Below are positions 21,112 to 30,735 of a stretch of DNA of 47,314 nucleotides, piece after piece. Source of the DNA: an uncultured Thiohalomonas sp. (GTDB taxonomy: Bacteria; Pseudomonadota; Gammaproteobacteria; Thiohalomonadales; Thiohalomonadaceae); the NCBI GenBank assembly GCA_964421235.1, contig CAYQWR010000002.1:1-47314 (forward strand). The letters run 5' to 3'. The position numbers and the translations under genes are program-made. Within the stretch, counting starts at the first letter, position 1. Each line of letters opens with the position of its first letter. The notes under the pieces are model-generated. The model searched no databases. It worked only from the letters and a program-made list of their open reading frames with translations, and was not told the origin of the DNA.

Positions 21112-21966
21112 TCAGTCGTGCGCGGCCGCCGCTTCCAAGGTGTTGTGCAGCAGCATGGCGCGGGTCATCGGGCCGACCCCGCCGGGTACCGGCGTGATCC
21201 AGCCGGCACGTTGTTTGGCGCTGTCGTAGGCCACATCGCCTGCCAGGCGACCGTTGGCGAGGCGGTTCATCCCCACATCGATGACGATCGCACCCGGTTT
21301 GATCCAGTCGCCGGGGACGAACTCGGGACGGCCGACGGCCACCACCAGCACCTCGGCGCGCGCCACATGGGCGGCCAGGTCGCGGGTGCGGCTGTGGCAG
21401 GTGGTGACGGTGCAGCCGGCCATCAGCAGTTCCAGGCTCATGGGCCGGCCGACAATATTGGAGGCGCCCACCACCACCGCATCCTTGCCGGCCAACTCGA
21501 TGCCGGTGGTCTCCAGCAGCTTCATGACGCCGAACGGCGTGCAGGGCCGCAGCAGCGGCATGCGCAGGGCGAGACGGCCGACATTGTAGGGGTGGAAGCC
21601 GTCGACATCCTTGGTCGGGGCGATCGCCTCGATCACGGCATGCGTGTCGATGTGCTGCGGCAACGGCAACTGCACCAGTATGCCGTCCACCTCCGGATTG
21701 GCATTGAGTTCGGCGATGAGCGTCAGCAGTTTTTCCTGCGAGGTGTCGGCCGGCAGGTCATAGGCCAGCGAGTTGAAGCCGACTTCAGCGCAGTCCTTGC
21801 GCTTGTGGGCGACGTAGACCTCGGAGGCAGGGTTATTGCCCACCAGGATGACGGCGAGGCCGGGGGCGCGCTTGCCGCCGCGCGCGATGCGGTCGTCGAC
21901 ACGTTGTTTGATCTCCTGGCGGAGCTGCGAGGCGGTAGCCTTGCCGTCGATAATCTTAGCGGTCAT
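21112..21966 (-). CDS. folD: methylenetetrahydrofolate dehydrogenase/cyclohydrolase
   Basis: [45 protein letters not shown]. Confidence 0.98.
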   Translation of the reverse strand: MTAKIIDGKATASQLRQEIKQRVDDRIARGGKRAPGLAVILVGNNPASEVYVAHKRKDCAEVGFNSLAYDLPADTSQEKLLTLIAELNANPEVDGILVQLPLPQHIDTHAVIEAIAPTKDVDGFHPYNVGRLALRMPLLRPCTPFGVMKLLETTGIELAGKDAVVVGASNIVGRPMSLELLMAGCTVTTCHSRTRDLAAHVARAEVLVVAVGRPEFVPGDWIKPGAIVIDVGMNRLANGRLAGDVAYDSAKQRAGWITPVPGGVGPMTRAMLLHNTLEAAAAHD

Positions 21967-22108
21967 GGGTATCCGGAGCGTGGTGCGTGGAAAGGCGCGT
22001 ATTTTCGCACGGCACCCCGCAAGACGCCAAGGCGAACCGTCTATCGGGCGCAGATTTTGAGTATACTGGGCGGCGTTCCGCACAGGTGCCGTAGCGTCGT
22101 GGCGGGCG

Positions 22109-22137
22109 TTGACGAAGCGGGGAACGCCGCGTATCAT
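22109..22137 (+). promoter_or_regulatory. sigma70 promoter of the tRNA operon
   Basis: TTGACG, 17 bp spacer, TATCAT, then a GC-rich discriminator (cgccggc). Confidence 0.75.
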
Positions 22138-22184
22138 CGCCGGCTTCGTGCGTCTCAGGCGCCTGGGCGCTGGTTCCTGAATTT

Positions 22185-22261
<77 letters not shown>

Positions 22262-22312
22262 AACTCGATAAACGAGACGTTTTTCGGTACGATACGCGGA
22301 CTCGGCCTTCCG

Positions 22313-22389
22313 GCGCCCGTAGCTCATCCGGATAGAGCATCGGCCTTCTAAGCCGAGGGTAGCAGGTTCGAGTCCTGCCGGGCGCGCCA
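22313..22389 (+). tRNA. tRNA-Arg (TCT)
   Basis: GCGCCCG/CGGGCGC acceptor stem, anticodon loop CTTCTAA, GGTTCGAGTCC, CCA end. Confidence 0.97.
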
Positions 22390-22438
22390 AACCCCGGCGG
22401 CTCCTGTAACGGGAGCCTGCAGTACGACAGTTTCAATG

Positions 22439-22514
22439 GTGGGCGTAGCTCAGTTGGTAGAGTCCCGGATTGTGATTCCGGTTGTCGTGGGTTCGAGCCC
22501 CATCGTCCACCCCA
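22439..22514 (+). tRNA. tRNA-His (GTG)
   Basis: G-1 at 22438, anticodon loop TTGTGAT, GGTTCGAGCCC, C73 then CCA. Confidence 0.97.
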
Positions 22515-22547
22515 TAATGCATAGTAACTTCAGCCAAGTTACATAAG

Positions 22548-22574
22548 GCCGACTAACTCAGTCGGCTTTTTTTT
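22548..22574 (+). terminator. intrinsic terminator after the tRNA operon
   Basis: GCCGACT-aactc-AGTCGGC followed by 8 T. Confidence 0.88.
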
Positions 22575-23152
22575 GCGCGGATGCACGGTCAGTGTGCCGG
22601 TTTTGCGCCTACCCTATCCGTGCATATCCACGGTTGTGACTGCGGCCTGCCCGACACCAAACCTGTCGTATTCCGAGACGGCGCCCGTGACGATCGCCGC
22701 GCCTTTCCGCCTGTAGCTGGCGGTGAAGCCGGCCGTCGGATCGATCGGGTGCAACATGGTGGGCGGGGTTTGCAGGAGAAGACGCAGAAGATCAGGCGGC
22801 CGCGGCAAGCACTGGACGGCAACTGAAGAAGCGGACGGAAAAGGTGGTCAGGAGATTCGACAGGTAGCGAAGAATCAGTCAAATAACCTTTGCCGATGAA
22901 GAGTGCCCTCCGGCCTGGGGTGTTCGCGACTTTCAAGGCAACAATAGGACGAAAGGCTTCCTGCTCCCACCCGCGCTGTCGGAAGAGCGCGTTCTTCAAA
23001 CATGCAAATTTCGCCTATATTTCCCACTTATGAGTACTATCTTGCATCTGCTGCCTTACGGATTTGTTTTGCGCGCACGTTGATGTAAACTCGCACGAAG
23101 CCGCTGTAGCCAACTCATCTATTACATCCATCACATTGCTGAACGAGGCGCC

Positions 23153-23926
23153 ATGTCGACCAATGCCAAGGTTTCTTCGGCCACAGCGCCGCACGCTCCG
23201 CTGACCCATTACTACGCCAATGAAGGCGAGCGCGCCGGTTTTGTGCGCGAAATGTTTGATTCGACCGCCGAGGATTACGACCGGATGGAATTAATCCTCG
23301 GTTTGGGTTCCGGTCCATGGTATCGCGGTCAGGCATTGGAACGTGCTGGCCTGCGGTCCGGTATGCGCATCGTTGATGTGGGTACCGGTACGGGTCTGGT
23401 GGCGCGCGCCGCAGCACGTATCACCGGCGATGCAACGCTGGTGGTGGGTGTGGATCCGAGCCCCGGGATGATCGCCAATGCAAAGTTGCCGGAAGGTGTG
23501 CAGATGGTTGAGGGGTGTGCCGAAGATATCCCGTTTTCCGATGCCAGTTTTGACTTTCTCTCCATGGGATATGCGTTGCGCCATATCAGCGATCTTTCGG
23601 TAGCGTTCAAGGAATTTTATCGTGTGATGAAGCCTGGGGCGAAATTGTGTCTGTTGGAGATCACCTGCCCGGAAACGCTACTGGGGCGCTCGTTGCTGAA
23701 GATTTATATGAAGGGTGTGGTGCCGCTGCTCGCCTTCGTGGTCGGGCGGCGGAAACGCAGTACCAGCAAGCTGTGGCGCTATTACTGGGATACCATCGAG
23801 GCGTGCGTGTCGCCGGCCCAGGTTATCGCGACGCTGGAGGCGGCGGGTTTTACCGATGTGCATCGCCATATCGAAACGAAAGGGTTGAGCATCCTCGCCG
23901 AATACCAGGCGACCAAGCCGGCGTAA
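23153..23926 (+). CDS. class I SAM-dependent methyltransferase (UbiE/MenG-like)
   Basis: MFDSTAEDYD, VDVGTGTG, GVDPSPGM, FDFLSMGYALRH, RVMKPG. Confidence 0.9.
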   Translation: MSTNAKVSSATAPHAPLTHYYANEGERAGFVREMFDSTAEDYDRMELILGLGSGPWYRGQALERAGLRSGMRIVDVGTGTGLVARAAARITGDATLVVGVDPSPGMIANAKLPEGVQMVEGCAEDIPFSDASFDFLSMGYALRHISDLSVAFKEFYRVMKPGAKLCLLEITCPETLLGRSLLKIYMKGVVPLLAFVVGRRKRSTSKLWRYYWDTIEACVSPAQVIATLEAAGFTDVHRHIETKGLSILAEYQATKPA

Positions 23927-23958
23927 GCAATCCGCCACCTGCCGGTGGCTATGGAAGG

Positions 23959-24747
23959 TCAGTCCGTTCGGCTGCGCCGGGTTGCCAGTCGTCGCGCCAT
24001 GAGAAGCGGCAGACGCAGCAGGAAACCCACCATCAGGCGGATATGCATCCAGGTGAGCAGGGTGTTGTCGCGCAGGTAATTGAAGTGCGATACGCCGCCT
24101 TCCTCCGCACGCAGGTATTTTACCGGTGCCGGCAGGTTGGTCGGATAGACGCCGCGCCAGCATAGACGTACCACCGCCTCGGGATCGAAATCGAAGCGGC
24201 GCATCCAGCGCTGGCCGCGCATCACGCGGCGCAAGGGCTCGATGGGATAGACGCGAAAGCCGTAGAGCGAGTCGCCGATCCCCATCCACAGAGTTTCCAG
24301 ATTCGCCCACCAGTTGGAAACCTTGCGTCCTTTGACGCGCAGGCTGGGCGCGCTGGCATCGAACACCGGTACCCCGAGCACCATAGTGTCCGGCGCCTGT
24401 TGTGAGGCGGCCATGAACTGCGGAATCAGGTCGGCCGGATGCTGTCCGTCCGAGTCCATGGTCAGGGCGTGGGTGTAACCGCGCTGCGCGGCGAGTCCGA
24501 GACCGTGCAGCACGGCGGCACCCTTGCCGCGGTTTTCCGACAGCACCAGGACCGTGAGTTGCGGGTCGTCCTGCGCCAGCGCGGTGAGCTGTTCGGTCGT
24601 GCCGTCGGTGCTGCCGTCGACGACGACCCACACCGGCGCCCACTGGGCGCGTGCGGAACGGACGGTGTCACATACCTTGGGCCCCGGATTGTAACTGGGG
24701 ATCAGTACCAGGTGGGTGGCGGAGGGTGTTATTCGCGGCTCGCTCAT
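23959..24747 (-). CDS. glycosyltransferase family 2
   Basis: LIPSYN, VVDGSTDGT, NRGKGAA, DSDGQH, GFRVYP. Confidence 0.92.
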   Translation of the reverse strand: MSEPRITPSATHLVLIPSYNPGPKVCDTVRSARAQWAPVWVVVDGSTDGTTEQLTALAQDDPQLTVLVLSENRGKGAAVLHGLGLAAQRGYTHALTMDSDGQHPADLIPQFMAASQQAPDTMVLGVPVFDASAPSLRVKGRKVSNWWANLETLWMGIGDSLYGFRVYPIEPLRRVMRGQRWMRRFDFDPEAVVRLCWRGVYPTNLPAPVKYLRAEEGGVSHFNYLRDNTLLTWMHIRLMVGFLLRLPLLMARRLATRRSRTD

Positions 24748-24826
24748 GGCAGATATTCGTGTACCGTTAAAGTGACCGCGATAGTGTTTGACGACCGATG
24801 GTCCAATAATTCTGTTGCATCGCTAT

Positions 24827-25624
24827 TCATACCGTCGGCGGCGTCGCGTTGGTCGGCAGCGGTAGGCATCCCTGCGGCAGGAAGCAGGGGGCGTCGCGCA
24901 GGGTCTCAACCAGGTAGTGTTCCAGTTCCCGCGTAAGCGCATCTGGATTGGTCGGTGGATCAAACCGCTTACCCAGCCGTACCCGATAATGGATCGGCAT
25001 CGCCGGCCGTCGGAACAGCGGCCAGCCCTTGGTGAGATAGGGCGAGTTGGTTTCGATCAGCACCGTTTGCACCGGTACTTGTGCGCGAGCGGCGATGCGG
25101 GCGATGCCCGGACTTACACCGTTGATCGGCCAGCGCGTGGTGCGCGTCCCCTCAGGGAATACCAGCAGGTGGTTGCCGCTCGCCAGTTCCTCGACCGCGT
25201 GCAGCACCATGTTCAGCGGCGAGTCGTTGCGGATGTAATGGGCGAGGCGCGCGCCGGCGCCCAGAAACAGATTGTCGACGATGCTTGCCTTCATGATGCA
25301 GGTGACGTTGGGCAGGCGTGACAGCACGAAGAAGGCATCGAGCAGACAGGGATGATTGGGGGCGATGATTACCGCTTCGCCCTCGCGCAGTGCGTCGAGC
25401 GCGGCCAGATCGAAGCGGCAGGCGCCAATGGCCGACAGAGCGCGCAGATAAAAGCGGAAAGCATGCATGATCACCTTACGGCCCAGGCTTGCCTGGATTC
25501 CCTGCGGCAATAGATACTGCAGCGGGGTGGCGATCACCGTCCATAGCAGCGACAGAATGCCGAGTATTCCGAGGCCGAACCACAGGGCAAGGTATTCATA
25601 TAGGGTGTGCAACAGCCCGCGCAT
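24827..25624 (-). CDS. PlsC-like lysophospholipid acyltransferase
   Basis: NHPCLLD (HxxxxD) and FPEGTRT motifs; N-terminal transmembrane segment. Confidence 0.92.
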   Translation of the reverse strand: MRGLLHTLYEYLALWFGLGILGILSLLWTVIATPLQYLLPQGIQASLGRKVIMHAFRFYLRALSAIGACRFDLAALDALREGEAVIIAPNHPCLLDAFFVLSRLPNVTCIMKASIVDNLFLGAGARLAHYIRNDSPLNMVLHAVEELASGNHLLVFPEGTRTTRWPINGVSPGIARIAARAQVPVQTVLIETNSPYLTKGWPLFRRPAMPIHYRVRLGKRFDPPTNPDALTRELEHYLVETLRDAPCFLPQGCLPLPTNATPPTV

Positions 25625-25627
25625 CGG

Positions 25628-26482
25628 TCATTGTCCCACATCGACGCGTGTCGACGATTCTCCGAGGATCCATGCGATGCCGATACCGGCGGCAAAATAG
25701 AAATCGCGTTTCACCAACGGACTTTGTTTGAATACGGCGCCTTGCAATGTGTCCCAACGTACAAAGGCACCGAGCCAGTATTTCGGATAACGTTTCGTCA
25801 GCGCCATGATGAACTGGCTGCCGGCATATCCGCCGGGTGCATCGTAGGCTGGACGCGTGGCGGTGGCGTATTGCGGCTGTACGGAATAGAAATATTCGTG
25901 GTAGCTGCGTGAACCGTACATCGGGCCGGCCAGCATGCCGAAGTTCCAGCCGGCGTATCCGGCAAAATCGGCCACATCGAGATTGATACACGGCGTCGCG
26001 ACCCAGCCGATGTCGTGGACGCCGCCGGCCACGGTGAAGACCGAGCGCAACGGCAGGCGTAGGTCCAGTTTATAGCGCTCGCGCGGCGTGCGCCATAGCG
26101 TAACATCCAGCGAGGGGCCGATCTCCAGCGTCGGGTCGAGATTGGGCATTCCTTCCCGAGCGCGGTTGTCGTTGCTGTTGACGGGCAGCGAGGCACCGAT
26201 GCTGATGTTGAAATCGATGCGGTCGCTATGCAGGAATGTCCCCCGTACGCCGTGGCGATCTGCCTTGAGATATTCGCCGCGATAAACAAAGTAGGGCAGT
26301 GGCAAGGTGTAGGTGCGGTTTTGATCCGAACCGCGGTAGTCGGGGAAGTTGAGCGTGGTGAGGCCAGCTCCGATTTCCCACAGCGGCTTTTGCGCTGCGG
26401 CCGCTGCCGGTGCCACTGCGCAGGCAAGCAGCAGCGTCGCTGCAGGCCAAGGGGACACGGTGACCATCGTACGCTGTACCAA
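25628..26482 (-). CDS. MipA/OmpV-family outer-membrane protein (start may be 26467)
   Basis: Signal peptide; PLWEIGAG...PDYRGSD...LPLPYFVYRG; YDAPGG; SPLV. Confidence 0.82.
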   Translation of the reverse strand: MVQRTMVTVSPWPAATLLLACAVAPAAAAAQKPLWEIGAGLTTLNFPDYRGSDQNRTYTLPLPYFVYRGEYLKADRHGVRGTFLHSDRIDFNISIGASLPVNSNDNRAREGMPNLDPTLEIGPSLDVTLWRTPRERYKLDLRLPLRSVFTVAGGVHDIGWVATPCINLDVADFAGYAGWNFGMLAGPMYGSRSYHEYFYSVQPQYATATRPAYDAPGGYAGSQFIMALTKRYPKYWLGAFVRWDTLQGAVFKQSPLVKRDFYFAAGIGIAWILGESSTRVDVGQ

Positions 26483-27562
26483 TCAGTGGATATCCGTGCG
26501 GTGGCCGCCGGTGGCTTCGATCTCCACCAGCAGGTCGGCGCGGCATACGTCGGCGCGCAGGTAGAGCGCCTGTACCGGACCGCCCACGTACCGCTCGATC
26601 TCGCGGCGCACTTCCGCGAGATGTTCCGGCTGCCGTATGTACACCTTGTAGTACAGCTCCGATAGCGCCAGGTCCGCCTCCGGTGCATGGCGCCTGGCCT
26701 CCCTGACGACGGTGTCGATGTTCAGCATCGATTCGCGCGTCTGTGCAGCGACGTTACCGGGATGTTGCGTCTGATGGCCGACGATGCTGGCGGTGCCGGA
26801 GACGAACAGCATGGGCTTGCCGTTGAGTGTCACCAAGCCGGCGCGGGAAAAGGTCGGGCTGCGCGGACCGTATTCGCCAGGGTAATGGTAGGCGCTCACC
26901 TGACGGGGATTCTCGATGGCGATGACTTCGCGGCGTACCGCCAGGAAGGCGATAGTCAGATCGCCGGCGTCGGATCCCAGCGCACACGCCGCCGGCACGT
27001 TGCCAATGACCTTGTGCTCATGGGCAAGAAAGGCATTTTGCCGTCCTGCGTTGAATTGGCGATACCGTTCGATGCCGTGGGTTTCCGCGTTTATTGCCGG
27101 GAAGTAGTTCCAGAAACGCAACACCGTGTCGTAGCCCAGCCTTGTGAGCAGCTCGAATATCGCGTGGTAGGCCGATTCGGCGGCGCCTTGCAGCGGTGGT
27201 TCAGCGGACCCCGTGGCCTGCTCCGGCAGGTTGACGCAGCCGAACAGCAGGTGTTCGTTGTGGCGATAGCGAATCGCCCCGTGTACGCCGGCGGTGAGTG
27301 GTTCGGCACTGTGCCATACCTCGCACAGGGCGTCGGTGTCGCCATCCAATACCGGCGACCGGACGGTGAGCAGAGGGATCGTCACCGTGTCGGGGTCCAC
27401 GCCGACCCGGGTGAAGCAGGCACCGCCCAGCACGCTGTCGTTCCACGCGTCCGGTTGTCGCATGAGCTGTTTCAGCGGCAGGTATTCAGCCCACAACAGG
27501 CCGGCAGACGGCGGCACCGAAAGCTGTTCCCGTTCTGTTGTCTGGCAATGCGTGTTCTGCAT
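26483..27562 (-). CDS. FkbO/Hyg5-family chorismatase (XanB2-like)
   Basis: LRFWNY, ERYRQFNAGR, ENPRQVSAYHYP..YGPRSPTFSRA, SGTASIVGH, ADVCRADLLVEIE. Confidence 0.9.
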   Translation of the reverse strand: MQNTHCQTTEREQLSVPPSAGLLWAEYLPLKQLMRQPDAWNDSVLGGACFTRVGVDPDTVTIPLLTVRSPVLDGDTDALCEVWHSAEPLTAGVHGAIRYRHNEHLLFGCVNLPEQATGSAEPPLQGAAESAYHAIFELLTRLGYDTVLRFWNYFPAINAETHGIERYRQFNAGRQNAFLAHEHKVIGNVPAACALGSDAGDLTIAFLAVRREVIAIENPRQVSAYHYPGEYGPRSPTFSRAGLVTLNGKPMLFVSGTASIVGHQTQHPGNVAAQTRESMLNIDTVVREARRHAPEADLALSELYYKVYIRQPEHLAEVRREIERYVGGPVQALYLRADVCRADLLVEIEATGGHRTDIH

Positions 27563-27981
27563 GTAGCTCACATAGTGATCGAAGGGGGGAAATCCACGCC
27601 GTGAAGCCACTAAACGGACTCGACGCGTCGGGAATTTGTCATTATGTTTCCCGGCTCGCTTCCCGAACGCTGATATATGGGATAAATTGCTCAATTCTAC
27701 CAGAAGGTACCAATGGATGGCGATGGAGCAACGTTCGTACGGTAAATTTCCGGGCGGCTGATTCTTGCCAGGTATCGGCTGGATTTACCGATATTTGTCA
27801 TTGGTGTTTCCGTTGCATTATCGGTGTTGGACAGTACGCGCAGCGCAGACATGCTGGCGGGTTCTAGGGTAAACTTCCGCCTGTCGTGGCGACCAGGGGC
27901 AGGCGTGCGCTCGCCGCTGGGATTAAATCAAGTACATCATCACCACCTAGTCGTACCCAAATTCGGAGTTTTTAGGCAAAC

Positions 27982-28221
27982 ATGGATCACCTGACGATCA
28001 TTAGGGAGTTTTTACACGATCGCCTGGGCATTGACTCTGCGCAGATCTCCCCGGAAACGGCACTGGCCGATCTTAATGTCGATTCTCTGGTCATGCTCGA
28101 TATGATGTTCGAGCTGGAGGAAAAGCTGGGCATCGTGCTGACCAAGGAGGTTCCGGCGATCCATACCGTCGGCGAACTGTTGACGCTGCTGGACGAACTG
28201 CAGGCCGCGGCCAAATCCTGA
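27982..28221 (+). CDS. acyl carrier protein 1
   Basis: Acidic 79-aa protein with LNVDSL phosphopantetheine serine. Confidence 0.9.
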   Translation: MDHLTIIREFLHDRLGIDSAQISPETALADLNVDSLVMLDMMFELEEKLGIVLTKEVPAIHTVGELLTLLDELQAAAKS

Positions 28222-29465
28222 TGACGGCGCCACGGGTTGCGATTACCGGGCTGGGACTGATCAGTCCGTTCGGCGGTGATTTGGATGATTTCTTTGTGCG
28301 TATCGCCGCTGGGGAGTCGGCGGTGCGTCCCTATGCCCCCGCCGATGCGCCGCAACTGCCGCTGGAAATATCTGCCGTCTATTGTCCCGAGTTCGATGGC
28401 CAGGCCGCCGTGGGGCGCGCCGCGGTCCACAGCATGGACCGTTATGCGCAGATGGGGGCGGCCGCCGCCTATGCCGCCTGGCGAGATGCCGGGCTGCCGG
28501 AGGATGGGGTTGAGCGCACCGATGCGGGGGTCGCCTGGGGTACCGCCGTCGGTGGGGTGATGACCTACGACTACGGTTATCGCGATCTCTACATAAACGG
28601 TCGTACCCGCGTTTCACCGTTGTCGGTGGTGCTGGGGATGAATAATTCCGCTGCGTCGCATATAGCCATCCACCTCGGGCTGGCGGGGCCCTGTATCACC
28701 TACAGCGTTGCCTGCGCCTCATCGACCATGGCCATCGGCGAGGCATTCCGGCGCATCCGCGAGGGCGAGGCTGCAATGATGGTGGCCGGCGGCTCGGATG
28801 CACCGCTAGCCTTCGGCGTGATCCGCGCGTGGGAGGCGCTGCGTGTGCTGGCGCCCACCGACGGCGAGGCGACGTTCCGCGCCTGTCGGCCGTTCAGCGC
28901 CGATCGCAGCGGTCTGGTGCTGGCCGAAGGGGCGGGGGCACTGGTGCTGGAGGAGTGGTCCCACGCAGAGGAGCGCGGCGCCCGTATTTACGGCGAGTTG
29001 GCCGGTTACGGGACCACCTGCGACCATAGCCACCTGGTGCGGCCGGAACCGAACGGGCAGATTCGGGCCATGCAGCAGGCGCTCGCGGACGCCGGCATCA
29101 CCCCTGAGGCCATCGATTACATCAATGCCCACGGCACCGCCACCCGTGAGGGTGACCCCGCGGAGATCGCAGCAATTCGCACGCTGTTCGGTACTCGGGC
29201 AGCGGATATTCCTGTAAGCTCCACCAAGTCCATGCACGGCCATCAGATGGGGGCGGCCGGCGCGGTCGAGGCCATTATCACTGTTCTCGCACTCCAGCGG
29301 GACTTGTTGCCGCCGACGGCCCACCTGCACACGCCGGATCCGGCGTGCGAAGGCGTACGTCACATCAGCGGTACGGCGCTTGCCGGCAGTGGCGCCCGCC
29401 ATGCGCTGTCCAACTCGTTTGCGTTCGGGGGCAGTAACGCCGTGCTGGTGTTTCGTGGCCGTTAA
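28221..29465 (+). CDS. beta-ketoacyl-ACP synthase (FabF-like KS1)
   Basis: ACASS cysteine, NAHGT and HGHQMGAAG histidines, SNSFAFGG. Confidence 0.93.
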   Translation: MTAPRVAITGLGLISPFGGDLDDFFVRIAAGESAVRPYAPADAPQLPLEISAVYCPEFDGQAAVGRAAVHSMDRYAQMGAAAAYAAWRDAGLPEDGVERTDAGVAWGTAVGGVMTYDYGYRDLYINGRTRVSPLSVVLGMNNSAASHIAIHLGLAGPCITYSVACASSTMAIGEAFRRIREGEAAMMVAGGSDAPLAFGVIRAWEALRVLAPTDGEATFRACRPFSADRSGLVLAEGAGALVLEEWSHAEERGARIYGELAGYGTTCDHSHLVRPEPNGQIRAMQQALADAGITPEAIDYINAHGTATREGDPAEIAAIRTLFGTRAADIPVSSTKSMHGHQMGAAGAVEAIITVLALQRDLLPPTAHLHTPDPACEGVRHISGTALAGSGARHALSNSFAFGGSNAVLVFRGR

Positions 29466-29772
29466 GTCTTGGCAACGGTTGGCGCTATTGCATCGCAAAA
29501 CCGGCGCCTTTACTATTCCTCGATGTTCGGGGAACGGTTGTCTTTGCGGGGAATACGCCGCGGAGAACGCCGGCATATCGGTCGATAATTGCGGCCGGAA
29601 AACGTTGCTGGCGGGTAGAACGTGCTTCCGGGGGCTATCATCGCCGACCCGTGTTTGACGGCGTCGGGTAATGCCAGGCGGGTTTGTGACAACCGGAACA
29701 TTATAAGGAATTACGTATAGTTGCGTGGTCGGCAACTTGGTGCCGAATTGCGTGTTAGTCGTGAGATACGTC

Positions 29773-30042
29773 ATGTCTGAAACTCAGCAGCAATTGCAAA
29801 ACGAAGTCGCCGAGCTCATTGTGCGGGGACTCAATCTGGATGTGGCGCCAGCGGATATTGAACCGAATGCGCCTCTCTATGGAGAGGGACTGGGGTTGGA
29901 TTCCATCGATATTCTGGAAGTCGCGCTTACCGTGTCGAAGAAGTATGGGTTCCAGCTGCGATCCGACAGCGAAGATAATGTGCGTATTTTTTCGTCCCTG
30001 ACGAGCCTGACCCAGCACATTGCCGAACACCGTACCAAGTGA
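29773..30042 (+). CDS. acyl carrier protein 2 (XanC-like)
   Basis: PLYGEGLGLDSIDILE motif typical of aryl-polyene ACPs. Confidence 0.92.
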   Translation: MSETQQQLQNEVAELIVRGLNLDVAPADIEPNAPLYGEGLGLDSIDILEVALTVSKKYGFQLRSDSEDNVRIFSSLTSLTQHIAEHRTK

Positions 30043-30728
30043 TCCGCGTCGCCTACAATTTCCTGGCCCGGGCCATTTACTGGCTTGGCATCGCCGCGCT
30101 CCTGGGCGGGTACTCCCTGCTGGCCTATTACAGTTCCACCGCGGAGGCCCATAGGCACATGCCGGCTCTCGGGCTGTCCGTTTCGGTATTTCCTGCACTC
30201 GCGTTTCTGTTCTGGTTGGCGTGGCGTGCCTCGCATCGCGCGTTGATGCTCACCTTGTGGCTGGTGCCCGTTTTGTTGCTGGCCGCTTACTGGCCGGCAT
30301 TGGAGCGGAACTTCACCTGGATTTATTTCATCCAGAACATCGGCACCAATGTGCTGCTGGGGCTCGCCTTCGGTCACACCCTGGTCGGCGGGCGCAAGCC
30401 GCTGATCAGTCGCCTTGCGGAAATTGTCCGCGGTCCGCTGCCGCCGACGGTGGCGCGCTACACTCGGCAGGCCACACTTGCGTGGACGCTTTTTTTCGTG
30501 GTGATGGTGGTGGTCTCGACATTGCTGTTTTGGTTGACCCCGATCGAGACCTGGTCGCTGTTCGCCAACATCCTGTCGTGGCCACTGGTGATCGGTATGT
30601 TCGTCGTGGAGTATGTGGTGCGTCTTCGTCTGCTGCCCGAGGAGCGTGAACACGGCATTTTTGACGGCGTGCGCGCCTACTGGAAGAGCGCCTGCGCGAC
30701 CGTCGGCGCTTCCAGCGAGAGTCGATAG
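30039..30728 (+). CDS. aryl-polyene-cluster integral membrane protein (COG4648-like)
   Basis: Multiple transmembrane segments; FGHTL...PLISRLA, RYTRQATLAW, WSLFAN. Confidence 0.8.
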   Translation: MIRVAYNFLARAIYWLGIAALLGGYSLLAYYSSTAEAHRHMPALGLSVSVFPALAFLFWLAWRASHRALMLTLWLVPVLLLAAYWPALERNFTWIYFIQNIGTNVLLGLAFGHTLVGGRKPLISRLAEIVRGPLPPTVARYTRQATLAWTLFFVVMVVVSTLLFWLTPIETWSLFANILSWPLVIGMFVVEYVVRLRLLPEEREHGIFDGVRAYWKSACATVGASSESR

Positions 30729-30735
30729 GTTCGCT

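Noticed and set aside
22575-23150. Possible integrase remnant or ribozyme at the left end of the island
   Set aside because: The short ORFs show no tyrosine-recombinase motifs and there is no CUGAUGA hammerhead core. A translated search would be needed to exclude a decayed gene.
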